Below, piece after piece: positions 1-11,800 of a stretch of DNA of 64,000 nt (the first letter of the stretch is position 1; the number at the start of each line of letters is the position of its first letter). A program made the translations under genes and the position numbers. This DNA comes from Diadema antillarum (lineage: Eukaryota). Location: positions 806,001-870,000 of the forward strand of contig NW_027271439.1 of NCBI RefSeq assembly GCF_040938485.1, written 5' to 3'. Below the pieces are notes generated by a model. That model made no database searches. It saw nothing but the letters and a program-made list of their open reading frames with translations, and had not been told where the DNA came from.

Positions 1-248
1 CAACCTTTGAGATCAAATGAGTCAAAACATTCATTCAAATCATAGAGATTTTGGTTACAAAAAAAAATCACATAGTGTGCATGTATATATTTTTCAAAGT
101 AGAAAGCATTACTTGAGCCATATCACAATAAAGCAACAAGAAGAATTTTGAGTGCCCATTGGACATTATGATTGATCATAACCTTGACTTAGATTTTCTC
201 ACCATTGGCATTATTTGTCTGGTATACCTCATCATAGGCGCCGGAAGT

Positions 249-279
<31 letters not shown>

Positions 280-320
280 GGGGGGTGGCCGCTCCCCCCA
301 ATCCAAAAAGTGGGGGGGGC

Positions 321-453
321 NNNNNNNNNNNNNNNNNNNNNNNNNNNNNNNNNNNNNNNNNNNNNNNNNNNNNNNNNNNNNNNNNNNNNNNNNNNNNNNN
401 NNNNNNNNNNNNNNNNNNNNNNNNNNNNNNNNNNNNNNNNNNNNNNNNNNNNN
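321..453. other. Assembly gap (N run) flanked by low-complexity poly-G
   Basis: N run preceded by a long G tract; ORFs spanning it are artefacts. Confidence 0.99.
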
Positions 454-849
454 TACAAATAGGGAAATTTATTAGCTAACACTAGCAATTCTAACTCATA
501 AATGTTTAGACATTCATTTTTCGTTGCGTGTGAGCAGATTATCTCAACCGCATTCAACGGTAATCATTGCAGTTTTTAGAGGCCTTTGGCTATGGAAAAT
601 CGTGTAAATATCAAAATGTTAGCTTTAAGCACTGGCGGATTTAGAGGCGGGCACAACTGGCCCATGCCAACCCTCCTTTTGAAGCAAGTTTTTTAAAATT
701 CTTCTTTGTTTTGTAATTTTTATACGTGTGCCCCCCCCCCCCTTGAGAAAAAAAAATTTCCATACGTCCCACTTCCACCACTAGTTGTTACTAACGTGAC
801 ACCTGACGTAGGTAGCGCTCCCGGAAAATAGTTTTAACCCCCGCCCGCA

Positions 850-1830
850 CCGCCCCCCCCCCCCTCTTAATTTCCAAAGCAAAAAAAATATAGCTACAAA
901 CGGCAGTTTTTGGACTGTAAAATGTCAAAATTTTCAAGCTTGCTCGCATTTAATCGCTATGCCATTGTAAAAGAGAATGTTACTGCCAGTAATTGCCAGC
1001 AGTTGCGCCTGGGCTGCCCCCCTCCCCCTTAATTTCCAAAGCAAAAAAAAAATATATATATAGCTACAAATGGCAGTTTGGGGACTGTAAAATGTCAACA
1101 TTTTCAAGCTCGCTCACTTTGCTCGCTCGCATTTAATCGGTATGCCATTCTCCTAACATTGCTGCCAGTAATTGCCAGCAGTTGAGCCCGGTGCGCCTCC
1201 CCCTTAATTTCCAAAACGAAAGATATAGCTACAAACGGCAGTTTTTGGACTGTAGAATGTCAAAATTTTTAGGCTCGCTCGCTTCGCTTGCTCGCATTTA
1301 ATCGTTATGCCATTCTCCTAATGTTGCTGCCAGTAATTGCCAGCAGTTGAGCCCGGTGCGTCTCCCCCTTAATTTCCAAAGCGAAAAACATATCTACAAA
1401 CGGCAGTTTTGGGACTGTAGAATGTCAAAATTTTCAAGCTCGCTCGCTTCGCTCGCTCGCATTGAATCGTTATGCCATTCTCGTAATGTTGCTGCCAGCA
1501 ATTGCCAGCAGTTGAGCCCGGTGCGTCTCCCCCTTAATTTCCAAAGCGAAAAACATATCTACAAACGGCAGTTTGGGGACTGTAGAATGTCAAAATTTTC
1601 AAGCTCGCTCGCTTCGCTCGCTCGCATTGAATCGTTATGCCATTCTCGTAATGTTGCTGCCAGTAATTGCCTGCAGTTGCGCCCGGTGCGCCCCCCTCAA
1701 TTTCCAAAGCGAAAGATTAAGCTACAAACGGCAGTTTGGGGACTGTAAAATGTCAAAATTTTCAAGCTCGCTCGCTCCGCTCGCTCGCATTTTATCGTTA
1801 TGCAATCCTCCTGATGTTGCTGACAGTAAT
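850..1830. repeat. Tandem array of ~165-bp units (about 6 copies)
   Basis: The anchor CAGCAGTTG recurs at 997, 1176, 1341 and 1506, with a variant at 1671 (spacings 179,165,165,165). Each unit carries a GCTCGCTTCGCTCGC tract. Confidence 0.93.
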
Positions 1831-2033
1831 TTGTCGTTTCACACCGTCATTCCATAATCCATGTAAGGAAAACTTACAATGTTGCTCAATGACTGCGTTG
1901 TTGAATGTATCACATTCCGTAATGTATTGTAGTCCCATTAAGTTTGCAGACTGACATCGCACGCACACACGCACAAGCATACACACCCTCAAAATCACTT
2001 TTCCACAAGGTGCCCCCCCCCCAATGTGTCGAC

Positions 2034-2171
2034 NNNNNNNNNNNNNNNNNNNNNNNNNNNNNNNNNNNNNNNNNNNNNNNNNNNNNNNNNNNNNNNNNNN
2101 NNNNNNNNNNNNNNNNNNNNNNNNNNNNNNNNNNNNNNNNNNNNNNNNNNNNNNNNNNNNNNNNNNNNNNN
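2034..2171. other. Assembly gap (N run)
   Basis: N run. Confidence 0.99.
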
Positions 2172-2392
2172 TGGTCTTTCGTGAGCCCCCTCCAATATTT
2201 GCCCCCCCAATCCAAAACTGCTTCCGGCACGCCTGCACCTCATGCTTTCTCTATCCATGCATTTTGATTCAATAATTCCTTGATTCAATAATTCCAGTCC
2301 TCACAAATTTTTCTTGGGGTTTCCTTTGAAATGTAACAACATCAAAAAAAAAATGTACATAATATGTTTTGTTTTGTTTTTTTCCCCAAAAG

Positions 2393-5300
2393 GAAAAGGA
2401 GCTAAAGTTGGCCGATTGCCAGGAGTAACCAGGGCTCTTATGAACAGAATTCTGGTGAGTTGAAAGATACCTCTTAGGAAGGAATGTTTGAGAGTGGATG
2501 ATAATCAATTACCCTTACACTTGTTAGGAGTTTGCTACATAGATGAAGTGATGATGCATTTTCATTTAAATCAATTCGCATATTTGTTTGCAATACAGAT
2601 GATTCCCATTATCAGTCAGTCCTCGGGACCGACATCTTTTTGTTTTATTATACCCCGCCAAACGAAGTTTGAAGGGGGTATATAGGAATCAGCGGACGGT
2701 CGGGCGGTCGGTCGGACGGTCGGGCGGTCGGTCGGGCGGTCGGGCGGTCGGTCGGGCGGTCGGGCGGTCGGGCGGTCAGTCCGTTGCAAATCTTGCGTCG
2801 CGAACTACTTCCTCTGTTTTCAACCGATTCCCATAAAACTTGGCACAGATGTGTGCCTTGGGTTGTAGATGTGCAAGACGTATTTTTTGACAGTACCCAA
2901 AAGTACGTTGCCATGGTAACGGCATATTATGGGCAAAAATGGGTACAAATCTTGCGTCGCGAACTCCTCCCACAGTTTTTGATCAATTTTTATGAAATTA
3001 GGTACAGATGTTCATCTGAATATGTTAATGTGCAAGACACATATTTCCGCAGTGGCAAAAAGTGCGTTGCCATGGTAACGGCATGTTATTGGTAAAATAT
3101 AGGGCAAAATGCTTCATGGCAAAACTGCTTCATCAGTGTTCTTCCAATTCTCATGGAATCCATATTGAATGTTTGTCTTAGGATATAGGTCAGCATGACA
3201 CATTTCTTGACAGTGACAAAAAGTATGTTGCCATGGTAACAGCTCACATATTATGAGCCAAAATGATGGAAAATTTTGTGTTGCAAACTACTTCCTCAGT
3301 TTTTGCCCAATTTCCATGAAACTTGGTACAGATGTGTGCCTTTGGTTGTAGATGTGCAAGACGCATTTTTCGACAGTACCCGAAAGTACGTTGCCATGGT
3401 AACGGCATATTAATGGCAGAAGATCAAGGAAAGATCTTGCGGATTTAACTACTTCCTCAGTTTTTTGACCAAAGCTTATGAAATGTGGCACACACCTTGA
3501 TCTTGGTGGGAAGATTTGGAAGACATATTTTTCGGACGTGTCGGAAGCTGCGTTGCCATGGTAACGGCATATAAATGGCAGAAGATCAAGGAAAGATCTT
3601 GCAGTTTGAACTACTTCCTCTGTATTCGACTGAAGCTCATGAAATGTGGCACACACATTGGTCTTGGTGGGAAGATGTGCAAGACATATTTTTTGGACAT
3701 GTCGGAAGCTGCGTTGCCATGGTAACGGCATATTAATGGTGGAAGATCAAGGAAAGATCTTGTGGATTGAACTACTTCCTCAGTTTTTGACAAAAGCTTA
3801 TGAAATGTGGCACACACAATAGTCTTGGTGGGAAGATGTGCAAGACATACTTTTCGGACGTGTCGGAAGCTGCGTTGCCATGGTAACGGCATTTAAATGG
3901 CAGAAGATCAAGGAAAGCTCATTCCTTGGGTAAGACTGTCGTCACGGGGCGGGGGTATTAATCACCTTAAGTGATATTTCTAGTTTTATTGAAATTTCAT
4001 TATAACCAAACAAAGTATGTACATATACAGGTATAAACAATAATTTGGGTTCTTGAATATTTACTATGTCTAAGTAGGGCTTTGTTATTTAATAACTGTG
4101 TTAGTTGTAACAGGAGTGCACTGTATCTGCATATTGACACAGAACCTCATATTTTGTTCTTACAGTGGAGTAACAGTGTATCACACACACACTTGAGGTA
4201 CTTGACAGATACGATGTTAAAGAAGTGATCTGCAGAAGCATAAGGACGTATGTTTTTCTGTGGTTTTCATTGTGAGTTGTAAGTGGGGATGGTTTTACAA
4301 AATAATGTTCATGATAATTGTAAATTTGTGTCGTTGATTTCTTTTAAGTGTTCTCTGGGAGTGAATTTTCCATATAAAATACATTCTTCTATCCTTACAA
4401 TAATATGTTCGCTGCTTTTCTTGACCACAAATGCAGGTGAGCGAACAACCCAGAGTGTGGCTCCTAGATACACCTGGTATAACTACACCTTACATACCCA
4501 ATGTGGAGGTTGGCATGAAACTAGCAATGATGGGTGAGAATTTGAACAAGTTTCTGATATAATGTATTTTTAGCCGTGTTGGAAATTTGGCAAGATTAAC
4601 TTCTATACTTGCATTGAAATGAGGGTGAAATGGGACAAACGTAGCAAGAATGTTCTTACTGTTTCAATTAGGGAGTGCACAGATCATGCTGCAATTCTAT
4701 GAATGCAGCTGGTATTCAATTCAATCTTTATTTCCGATTCAATATATGATATACAAAAATACATGTGAATATGAGCAAATTGTACAAAAAGTGAGTTTAA
4801 AAACAATGGAAATGACAACAAAACAAGGCGAGATTATGATAAAGACAAAAGAATAAAAAACCACATCGGGAAAACAGATATCACAGGTACATAAAGAACA
4901 GAAACTCATGTGAACATTGTGTGTTTGGTTGATCGGAAAATGGTATGCGGGTAGAAAGCCAGAATAGGCTTGTTATGTTGCACATACTACACGTTATAAT
5001 CATTAAAAAATTACTTTAAAAAACAAATATAGTTTAAAAAAATGATAAGATTGGTAAAAAATAAGTATTGTCATATTCTCAAAGGAGAATCTGCCACTTT
5101 ACTTTAAATAGAGTGCCATGATCATTTTAAGTTGTGTATTATTATCCAGCACCAAGCTAGATTTGGCACTTGGTTACTACTGTAGTAATGAGGCAATGAA
5201 CAGGGTAGTTGACTCTGGGTCTACAACATATAATGGTCTGCTAACAGGAAGTCATGAAAGACAAGATTACATGGTGGATTCTTGGATGAAGTCAGTGGCA

Positions 5301-8300
5301 AAACCCAGTCATTCAACTGAGGAATCAGATAAGCATCTGTCATAAAATGATCATTATTATAGATGAAAGCTCACATGTAGTTTGTTTTCTCAATCAACAG
5401 ACATCATCTTCCATCCCTGTACGATTTTTGCATTGGTGCTTTGTCTCCAGATAAATGCAAAGTAAAACAATTTTTTAATGGGTATGTGATTTTTGTCATT
5501 TTCTGCAGTACTTTATAATATCTGTGATATCTAGCAGGTATAGTGCTTCATATCAAACTCTTGCTTTCACAAAAATGTCAGTACATTATGCTCTAGTCAC
5601 CACACTTCTGTTTGATGCAGCCAACATGCAGACTATGCAGCCTGTTGACTTGAGGCAGATAAAGTTAGGGCCAGTCTAGTTTGCAGGCACAAACCCTTGT
5701 TGGTCATAAAGGAGTCTATGCCAATACTATTATGCACTGGCACTGTCCCATATAGGCCCTGTACTGTAGCCTCTCCCAACGAGAGAGAGGCTGCAGTGCC
5801 AGCGGTGGGAAGCATTATGTTGGAGCGATGCTCAGCCGAAGATATGAAATATGTTTTAGGATTAGGGTTAGATTTTACTCAGTTTATTACCCTAGGACAG
5901 TGAGAACAATGTTACCCTAACTCTAACCCTAATCCTAAAACATTTGATATCCTCGGCTGAGCATTGCTGCAGCACATGCTACCCCAGTGGTGCATGTATT
6001 AATTAGTCTTGGCACGGACTCCTATTCAACAAACAAGAGTTTGTGCCTGCAAAGTAGGCTAGTCTGTTGTTGCAGACTCAAATGACTTGGTCAACAATGA
6101 TTTAGATTACTAGTATGGGGGTTCGGGAGTTACAAACCAATATTGATCATTACTTCTTCATGCAGGAACGTTACAGGACCATATGGTTGGTATGGACATG
6201 ATTGCTGACTACATCCTCTTCACATTAAACAGCATGCAAAAGTTTGAGTAAGTTTCTGAATTTTCAGAGATTTTTTTTCCCGTTAATTCCTTATATCGTT
6301 AGGTAAACATTATGAAAACAAGCAAACCAAAATCATTGCATGATGCTGTATACGCCATTTATTTTGTGGGGTTTTTATCTTGCCAAATTTTTTAGTCGCA
6401 TGCTACTCTTCAGGGATCGAAATTGGCAATGGTCCGCTGGCCATTGGCCACCCAAAATCACGTCGGACTAGCTAAAAATCATAAAATTCTGAAGTAACTA
6501 GTCCGTCTGGCTAGCCAAAATATTGCTTCAGTGTCAAAATTGATTCTAAGTAGTCCGCCTGGCTAGTAAAAAAAAAAGTTAAATGCGACCCCTGCTCTTA
6601 AATTTAACAACACACAAAAATATTAACTCTGATCCTGCATAAATGCAACCTGTACTCTGTATCCCTACATTTCTCTATTCATTACTGTACTCCATGATCA
6701 TGAATTTAACCCTAGCAAAATTATCAGAAAGTCCCGATGTGCAGAAAATTCAACTCATTAATTAATTATTATAGCATATACAGTAATTAATAAAGAAATG
6801 TCATACTTAATTTCTTTTTAACCCGTTGAAGACGAGTATACTCGGGGGCAGGTGTCTTTGGGAAATGAGTGTTGTAGCGAAATCAAACCATCCTCAACGG
6901 GTTTAATGTGCAAGCATGTATGTGATATCATTCAATTTTGCTGTTCTTGTCAAGAAAACTGATTGATGTTTTCTGAAGTTGTTATTTCAATAGAAACTGA
7001 TGTATGTGTCACTTCAAATGTATTTTGAAAATAACAAAATGTGAAATATTTGATATAATATTTAGCACAGTGGTGTTTTCCTTTGCAAAATCATATCCAA
7101 ATATGAGAATGTATTACTGACAGTATCTATATAAAGACCTCGTGAGTAAGATTCACACCAAAATGGTTCTACAAGTGGACAGTGTCACAAACTGTAAAGT
7201 ATAATGTGGATATCTTGAATGAAATATGAAAATGTGGTCATTTTTTTTCCAGAGGGGAGGAATAGATGATGGGAATATCTATATCACAGTTGATGAATCC
7301 ATGCAGAAAAAGCTCAGTAGTGATAGTAGAGTGCCCTGGAGTTCACTGCTATCATGTGTCCCTCTCTCCCTCTCCAGCTATGTAGATGTTTACAGCCTTT
7401 CAGAGCCTTGTGATAGCATCGATAGTGTGCTCAGAGATGTGGCAATAAAGTTTGGAAAGACAAGGAAGCTGCGGACATATGAGGGTATGTATTACTGTAA
7501 GTTGGGAGTGCAAGTGAATGTATCTGTGCACAAGTTTCTCAGTTTTCCTTTCTTTAACCTTTAACCTTGTATTGTTTTATCCTAAAAATATATGATACTG
7601 TATGGTCTAGGGTAATGCTAAAAAGGTTATGGATATCAGTATGTGTGATAAGCCTGCCATTACAGGGGCAACAAAATGGGGGGGCTCATCCTTTTTTTGG
7701 CTCATCAAAAAAAGAAGGACGGGGGGAATCACAACACCAATTTATTTCCAAAGGTTTCATCCTTAGATTCTTCCTGTTTTTCAGCCCCCACCCTAAAAAA
7801 TGTTCTGCAGCCTTTGCATTATATGCATACAATACCTCATGACAAATGCTCTTTAACACGCAGAACTTCACACACAGCATCCTAACATACAATGCAAAAT
7901 ATATTGCTTTCACAGGAGACTTAATGATACAGAAATTAAAAAAATTAACCCATTGAGGACCAGCTGATTTTGCTAAAACATGTATTTCCCATAGACACAG
8001 GCTCAAGTATACTTGGGACTAGTCTTCAATGAGTTAAAAAAATGAAATATGATGATCCAGAGAAAGAGGAATTGCAATTTTAGTAATAATATTCTTCATC
8101 AGACTCATTGTGTATGTGCATATCGAGTGCCTCTTTCTGGTAAAATCATAAAGTGCATTAGATAGTTGCTGAGGGGATTGTGATTTGATAGATAATAACT
8201 AAGTTCTTTACAACTGAAAAGCACCCAATTTTATCCTTTTTTTTTTCGTACAGGATCAAGGACAGAGGTTCTGAACCTTGAGGCAGCAGCAGCCATCTTT

Positions 8301-8348
8301 GTGCGTGATTTCAGGAATGGTGCGCTTGGGAGAATATCGCTGGATTGA
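2393..8348 (+). CDS. MTG1: Mitochondrial ribosome-associated GTPase 1, 3' part (five exons; upstream exons not found in the window)
   Basis: Exons 2393-2454 (GKGAKVGRLPGVTRALMNRIL), 4437-4533 (VSEQPRVWLLDTPGITTPYIPNVEVGMKLAMMG), 6166-6247 (TLQDHMVGMDMIADYILFTLNSMQKF), 7378-7484 (YVDVYSLSEPCDSIDSVLRDVAIKFGKTRKLRTYE) and 8254-8348 (GSRTEVLNLEAAAAIFVRDFRNGALGRISLD*). All introns are GT-AG with compatible phases (0,1,2,1). The peptide tracks the C-terminal half of RbgA/MTG1 GTPases: G2 PGITR, G3 DTPG, terminal AA..F...FR.G.LG...LD. Confidence 0.95.
2645..3985 (+). mobile_element. Non-autonomous Helentron-type element (HINE / DINE-1-like) with internal ~161-bp tandem repeats, in an MTG1 intron
   Basis: 5' TTATTATACCCCGCC with stem ATACCCC(2650)...GGGGTAT(2675); (GGTC/GGGC)n microsatellite 2696-2780; ~161-bp core repeats (ACTACTTCCTC at 3287, 3448, 3610, 3771); 3' subterminal IR GGCGGGGGTATTA (3948-3960); hairpin ATCAC-CTTAA-GTGAT (3961-3975); T-rich flanks. 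Confidence 0.8.
5630..6090. mobile_element. Degenerate foldback/MITE-like inverted repeat with TTAGGG-like motifs
   Basis: The outer arms (TTTGCAGGCACAAAC...GGAGTC..TGCCAA at ~5681-5725 and its reverse complement at ~6006-6053) pair with each other. The inner arms (GCTCAGCCGA..TTTTAGGATTAGGGTTAG ~5830-5870 and CTAACCCTAATCCTAAAA..TCGGCTGAGC ~5923-5962) also pair. Confidence 0.65.
6411..6594. mobile_element. MITE with CAGGG...CCCTG termini and a 5-bp flanking direct repeat
   Basis: CAGGGATCG...CGACCCCTG termini; CTCTT on both sides (6406-6410 and 6595-6599). Confidence 0.65.
6818..6906. mobile_element. ~90-bp piggyBac-like MITE, copy 1
   Basis: TTAA-CCC...GGG-(T)TTAA; reverse orientation of the copies at 7945, 24139 and 30175. 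Confidence 0.7.
7945..8037. mobile_element. ~90-bp piggyBac-like MITE, copy 2
   Basis: TTAA-CCC...GAG-TTAA; shares the core GATTTTGCTA..ACA.G.ATTTC..ATAGACAC...AGTAT.CTTGGGACT. Confidence 0.7.
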
Positions 8349-8544
8349 AACGTGGGATCAGAAAACATGAACTATAGTCTCTCAGTGACTCAACACACTT
8401 TGAGATGTCTCTGGAAACATTTAAAACAAGTGGCCTTTGCTTTTCTTGCTACTAAGAGGAGACATTTTCCGGCTTTACGTGGCATGAATTGAACTGTCAA
8501 ATAGAGAAGAGAGAGGAACATGCAGGACAGTAAAGTGGATGGAC

Positions 8545-8862
8545 AAAGGGCTCTAAAACTTAACACCAGCTTTTCCACATCCACCATTTTTTTCCCACTA
8601 TTTGAATAATTTTTGATAACATCACACCTTCTTCCTTTTTCTGCCTGACTTTGCCATAAAAATCTAAAAAACATCATATTCAACCTTTTCATAATCATTA
8701 CTGGAGCTGAATCGAACATAAGCAAATGTACTATTTGACTAACTACCAAATTTTTCAATACTATCACTCTCCCAAAGAAAGTCAAACTTCTTTTCCTCCA
8801 GTTGTCTAGGAGGCATTGCATTTTTTCCAGCTTATTTTCCCAGTTTGCTTTATATGTGATCT
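8545..8862 (-). mobile_element. Tx1/L1-clade non-LTR retrotransposon fragment (region C-terminal to RT)
   Basis: Translation NWENKLEKMQCLLDNWRKRSLTFFGRVIVLKNLVVSQIVHL...FFRFLW...GKKMVDVEK matches the W..R.L+..GR...+K and F.W motifs of L1/Tx1 ORF2. Confidence 0.8.
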
Positions 8863-11800
8863 TCTCACTCTCCGAATTGACCTCACCATTCTCTCCCACA
8901 CCCCGCCCATGTGACTTGCCGTTGGGGTGTTTAAAGTCCAGTTTATTCCTTGATCAAGAAGGTAGTTGTTCACCTTGGACTGGTTGAGGGACTCCAAGCT
9001 CTCTCGCAACTATTTTTCTGCGCCCCTAAAATTTGTCCCATTGTCACTCACTATCTTCTCGGGCTTGCTTCTCCTAGCAATGAATCGTTTCAAAGCGTTG
9101 ACGAAAGAATCCATTTCGAGCAAGTGAGCGACTTCAACATGAACTGCTCTGCTGTTCATGCAGGTGAACAAACAGCCATACCTCTTTACTGTGCCATGGC
9201 CTTGTTTTTACCAGAATTGGTCTGAAATAGTCGACTCCTACATATGTGAAGGAAGGCTTGGCTGGTGTAAGTCTGTGCAACGGAAGCTCTGCCATCATCT
9301 GTTTCATTCTCGGTGCATTCCTCCTCTCGCACCTGAAACATTTTCCTACAACCTTCCTCACTGCAACTCCTCTCATCACGCAATACCTGGTTTTCAGGGG
9401 AGACCACGTCATTTCTGCTCCAGAGTGTCCTTCCAGATGATGGTACAGTGTGAAATGAGCCTCGTAACGTGATGTTCATGAGGCAAGATGACGGGATGTT
9501 TCTCATCGATGTCAAAAGGAGCATTGCTGAGCCTGCCACCTATTCAGACGATTTTGTCTACTATGATTGGATTCAGCTTTTTCAAAGCACAGCCTTTCAG
9601 ATCCTTGCCATCAAGATAATCACCAAACACACCTCTTTGCACGATTTTGATGATGTCTTTCTCAGCTAGCATCAGCTCTTCTGCTGGCAATGAAGACTTC
9701 AACTTTCCATTCTGTTTACCCTTTGCCTTGGCGAGAAACCACCTCTTGTAGCAGAGAAGCCATGCCACGACTCCCTTCAACCCTTCAATTTATTCCATGA
9801 AAAATATCTACTGAAGAGATCTTGCAAGTTACCTCTCAGTGAAGTAGCATACACATGGATTTCTTTCTTCACTTCTGGGTCACTTCGTGCAAGCTTTAGC
9901 ACTTCTTGAGGTGTAGGCCAGAATTTCTATTCCTTCATGAGGAAATCCGGTCCGGTGATCCATCGTTGATTGTTGAGAAGCTCTGATGCTTTCAGACCTC
10001 AAGATCCGTCATCTGCTGGATTTGATTTGGTGTCAGCATGTCTCCATTGTTCAGGTTCTGTGGATTTGAGCAACTCTGTTTGTGACGAATGTCTTGAACC
10101 ATCTGCATTTACTTTGTATGTACTGAAGCACCACTGTAGAATCGGTCCAGAACACGGTCTCATCGATATTGACTCCCACCTCACGTTTGATGCATTGGTC
10201 TATAGTCACTGCAAGGACAGCAGCCATCAGTTGCAGTCTTGGAATTGAAACCACCTTCATGGGTGCTAATCTAGCCCTCCGTAAGACAAACGCACAATGT
10301 ACTTCACCTGATCTGTCTGTCAGGCTCAAGTAGGACACAGCTGCATATCCAAGTTCAGATGCATCACAGAAGTGGTAGAGTTGAGCGGATTCAAGTTCTT
10401 GGAATCCCTCCTGCTTCAGACACCTACTTATCTGGATCTTGGTCAGCAAAGGCAAATCACTCAGCCACTCTTGCCACTGTTTTCCTTCTTCCGGTGAAAT
10501 CTTTGCATCCCAAGTCGAATCCTATCTGCATAGGTTCTGTAGGAGTACCTTAGCTGGTAGCACGAATGGGGCGAGGAAACCCGATGGGTCATAGAGGGAG
10601 CTTGCAACAGACAAAATCCTGCATCTTGTTGCCGGCTTCTCCTTTACCTGGACCATGAACTTGAAAGAATCTGTTTCCATGTTCCACATGATGCCAAGGG
10701 TTTGTTGAACTGGTAAATCCTCTTTAGATCTAGGTTCAGCGCTGACTCAACCCTTTCCGACTCAGGAATGGACGTCTCAAGGACGTCTCGATCATTGCAG
10801 AGCCATTTTGTGAGTCTGAAACCTCCTTGTGCTTGAAGATGCCTCAGATCTTCCACTAGACTCATTGCATCATCTCGGCACTTCACTGACTTTAAACAGT
10901 CGTCAACGTAAAAGTTGTTCAGGACTCAACCCTTTCCGACTCAGGAATGGACGTCTCAAGGACGTCTCGATCATTGCAGAGCCATTTTGTGAGTCTGAAA
11001 CCTCCTTGTGCTTGAAGATGCCTCAGATCTTCCACTAGACTCATTGCATCATCTCGGCACTTCATTGACTTTAAACAGTCGTCAACGTAAAAGTTGTTCA
11101 GGACTCTATCAATGACTTCTTTGTTGAACTGTCCCCGAGCATCCTCGTGCAAACCCTGCACAACTTGGCGAAGAAGTCGCACCAAAAAGATGTACTGTCA
11201 TGCGATATTCTGTAGGCTCCTTGGATAGGTCACCATCCCTCTACCACAGGAGTCTCATCGCATCTCTGTCTTTGACTGAAACCTTGAATTGGTGGAACAG
11301 CCCTTGCACGTCTGCAACAAAGGCAACTCGTTCCTGCCTGAATCTTGTAAGTACTCCAGTCAAGTTGTTGGTTAGATCAGGCCCTTGTAGTAGTTGATCG
11401 TTGAGAGCTGTGCCATGACAGCGAGCAGCGCAATCAAAGACTACTCTCACCTTCACCGGTTTGTGTGGATGCATGACTGCATGGCATGGGAGGTACCACT
11501 TCAACTCCTTAGGTTCCTTTGATTTCTTTTCTCCATCGTCTGAACTCTTGGATTGGTGATCAGACTCGTCTTTCACCTCTCCAGCTTCCATGTGAGGTAC
11601 ATGTAGTTCAAGATGACTTCTGCCAGATAGGGATTGGACGGCATCTCAGGTGGCCAATATCACCATGGTAGGCTGACTTCATGATGATTACCAACCTTCC
11701 TTGCTGTATTTTCCATCATCTTCAATGCCCGCTGGTCCTTGATTGACATGCCCGTCCTCTCCTCCTGCAGATAGCCTCCAAAAGCCAGCTCCCAAAACTT

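Noticed and set aside
159-557. Gly/Pro-rich ORFs around the first gap
   Set aside because: Products of poly-G runs and N bases.
1347-1954. ORFs with a 55-aa repeat
   Set aside because: They follow from the 165-bp tandem period being divisible by 3; no coding signature.
2776-3892. Several 65-147-aa ORFs (MPLPWQRSF...)
   Set aside because: Translations of the ~161-bp core repeats of the Helentron-type element.
4177-4247. Possible extra MTG1 exon (CITHTLEVLDRYDVKEVICRSIR)
   Set aside because: No similarity to MTG1; the flanking exons already join in phase and colinearly without it.
8390-8899. 169-aa ORF as a genuine fusion gene
   Set aside because: The start lies in an alternative frame of BEL integrase, the middle is a Tx1/L1 fragment and the end is non-coding read-through; no evidence of a functional gene.
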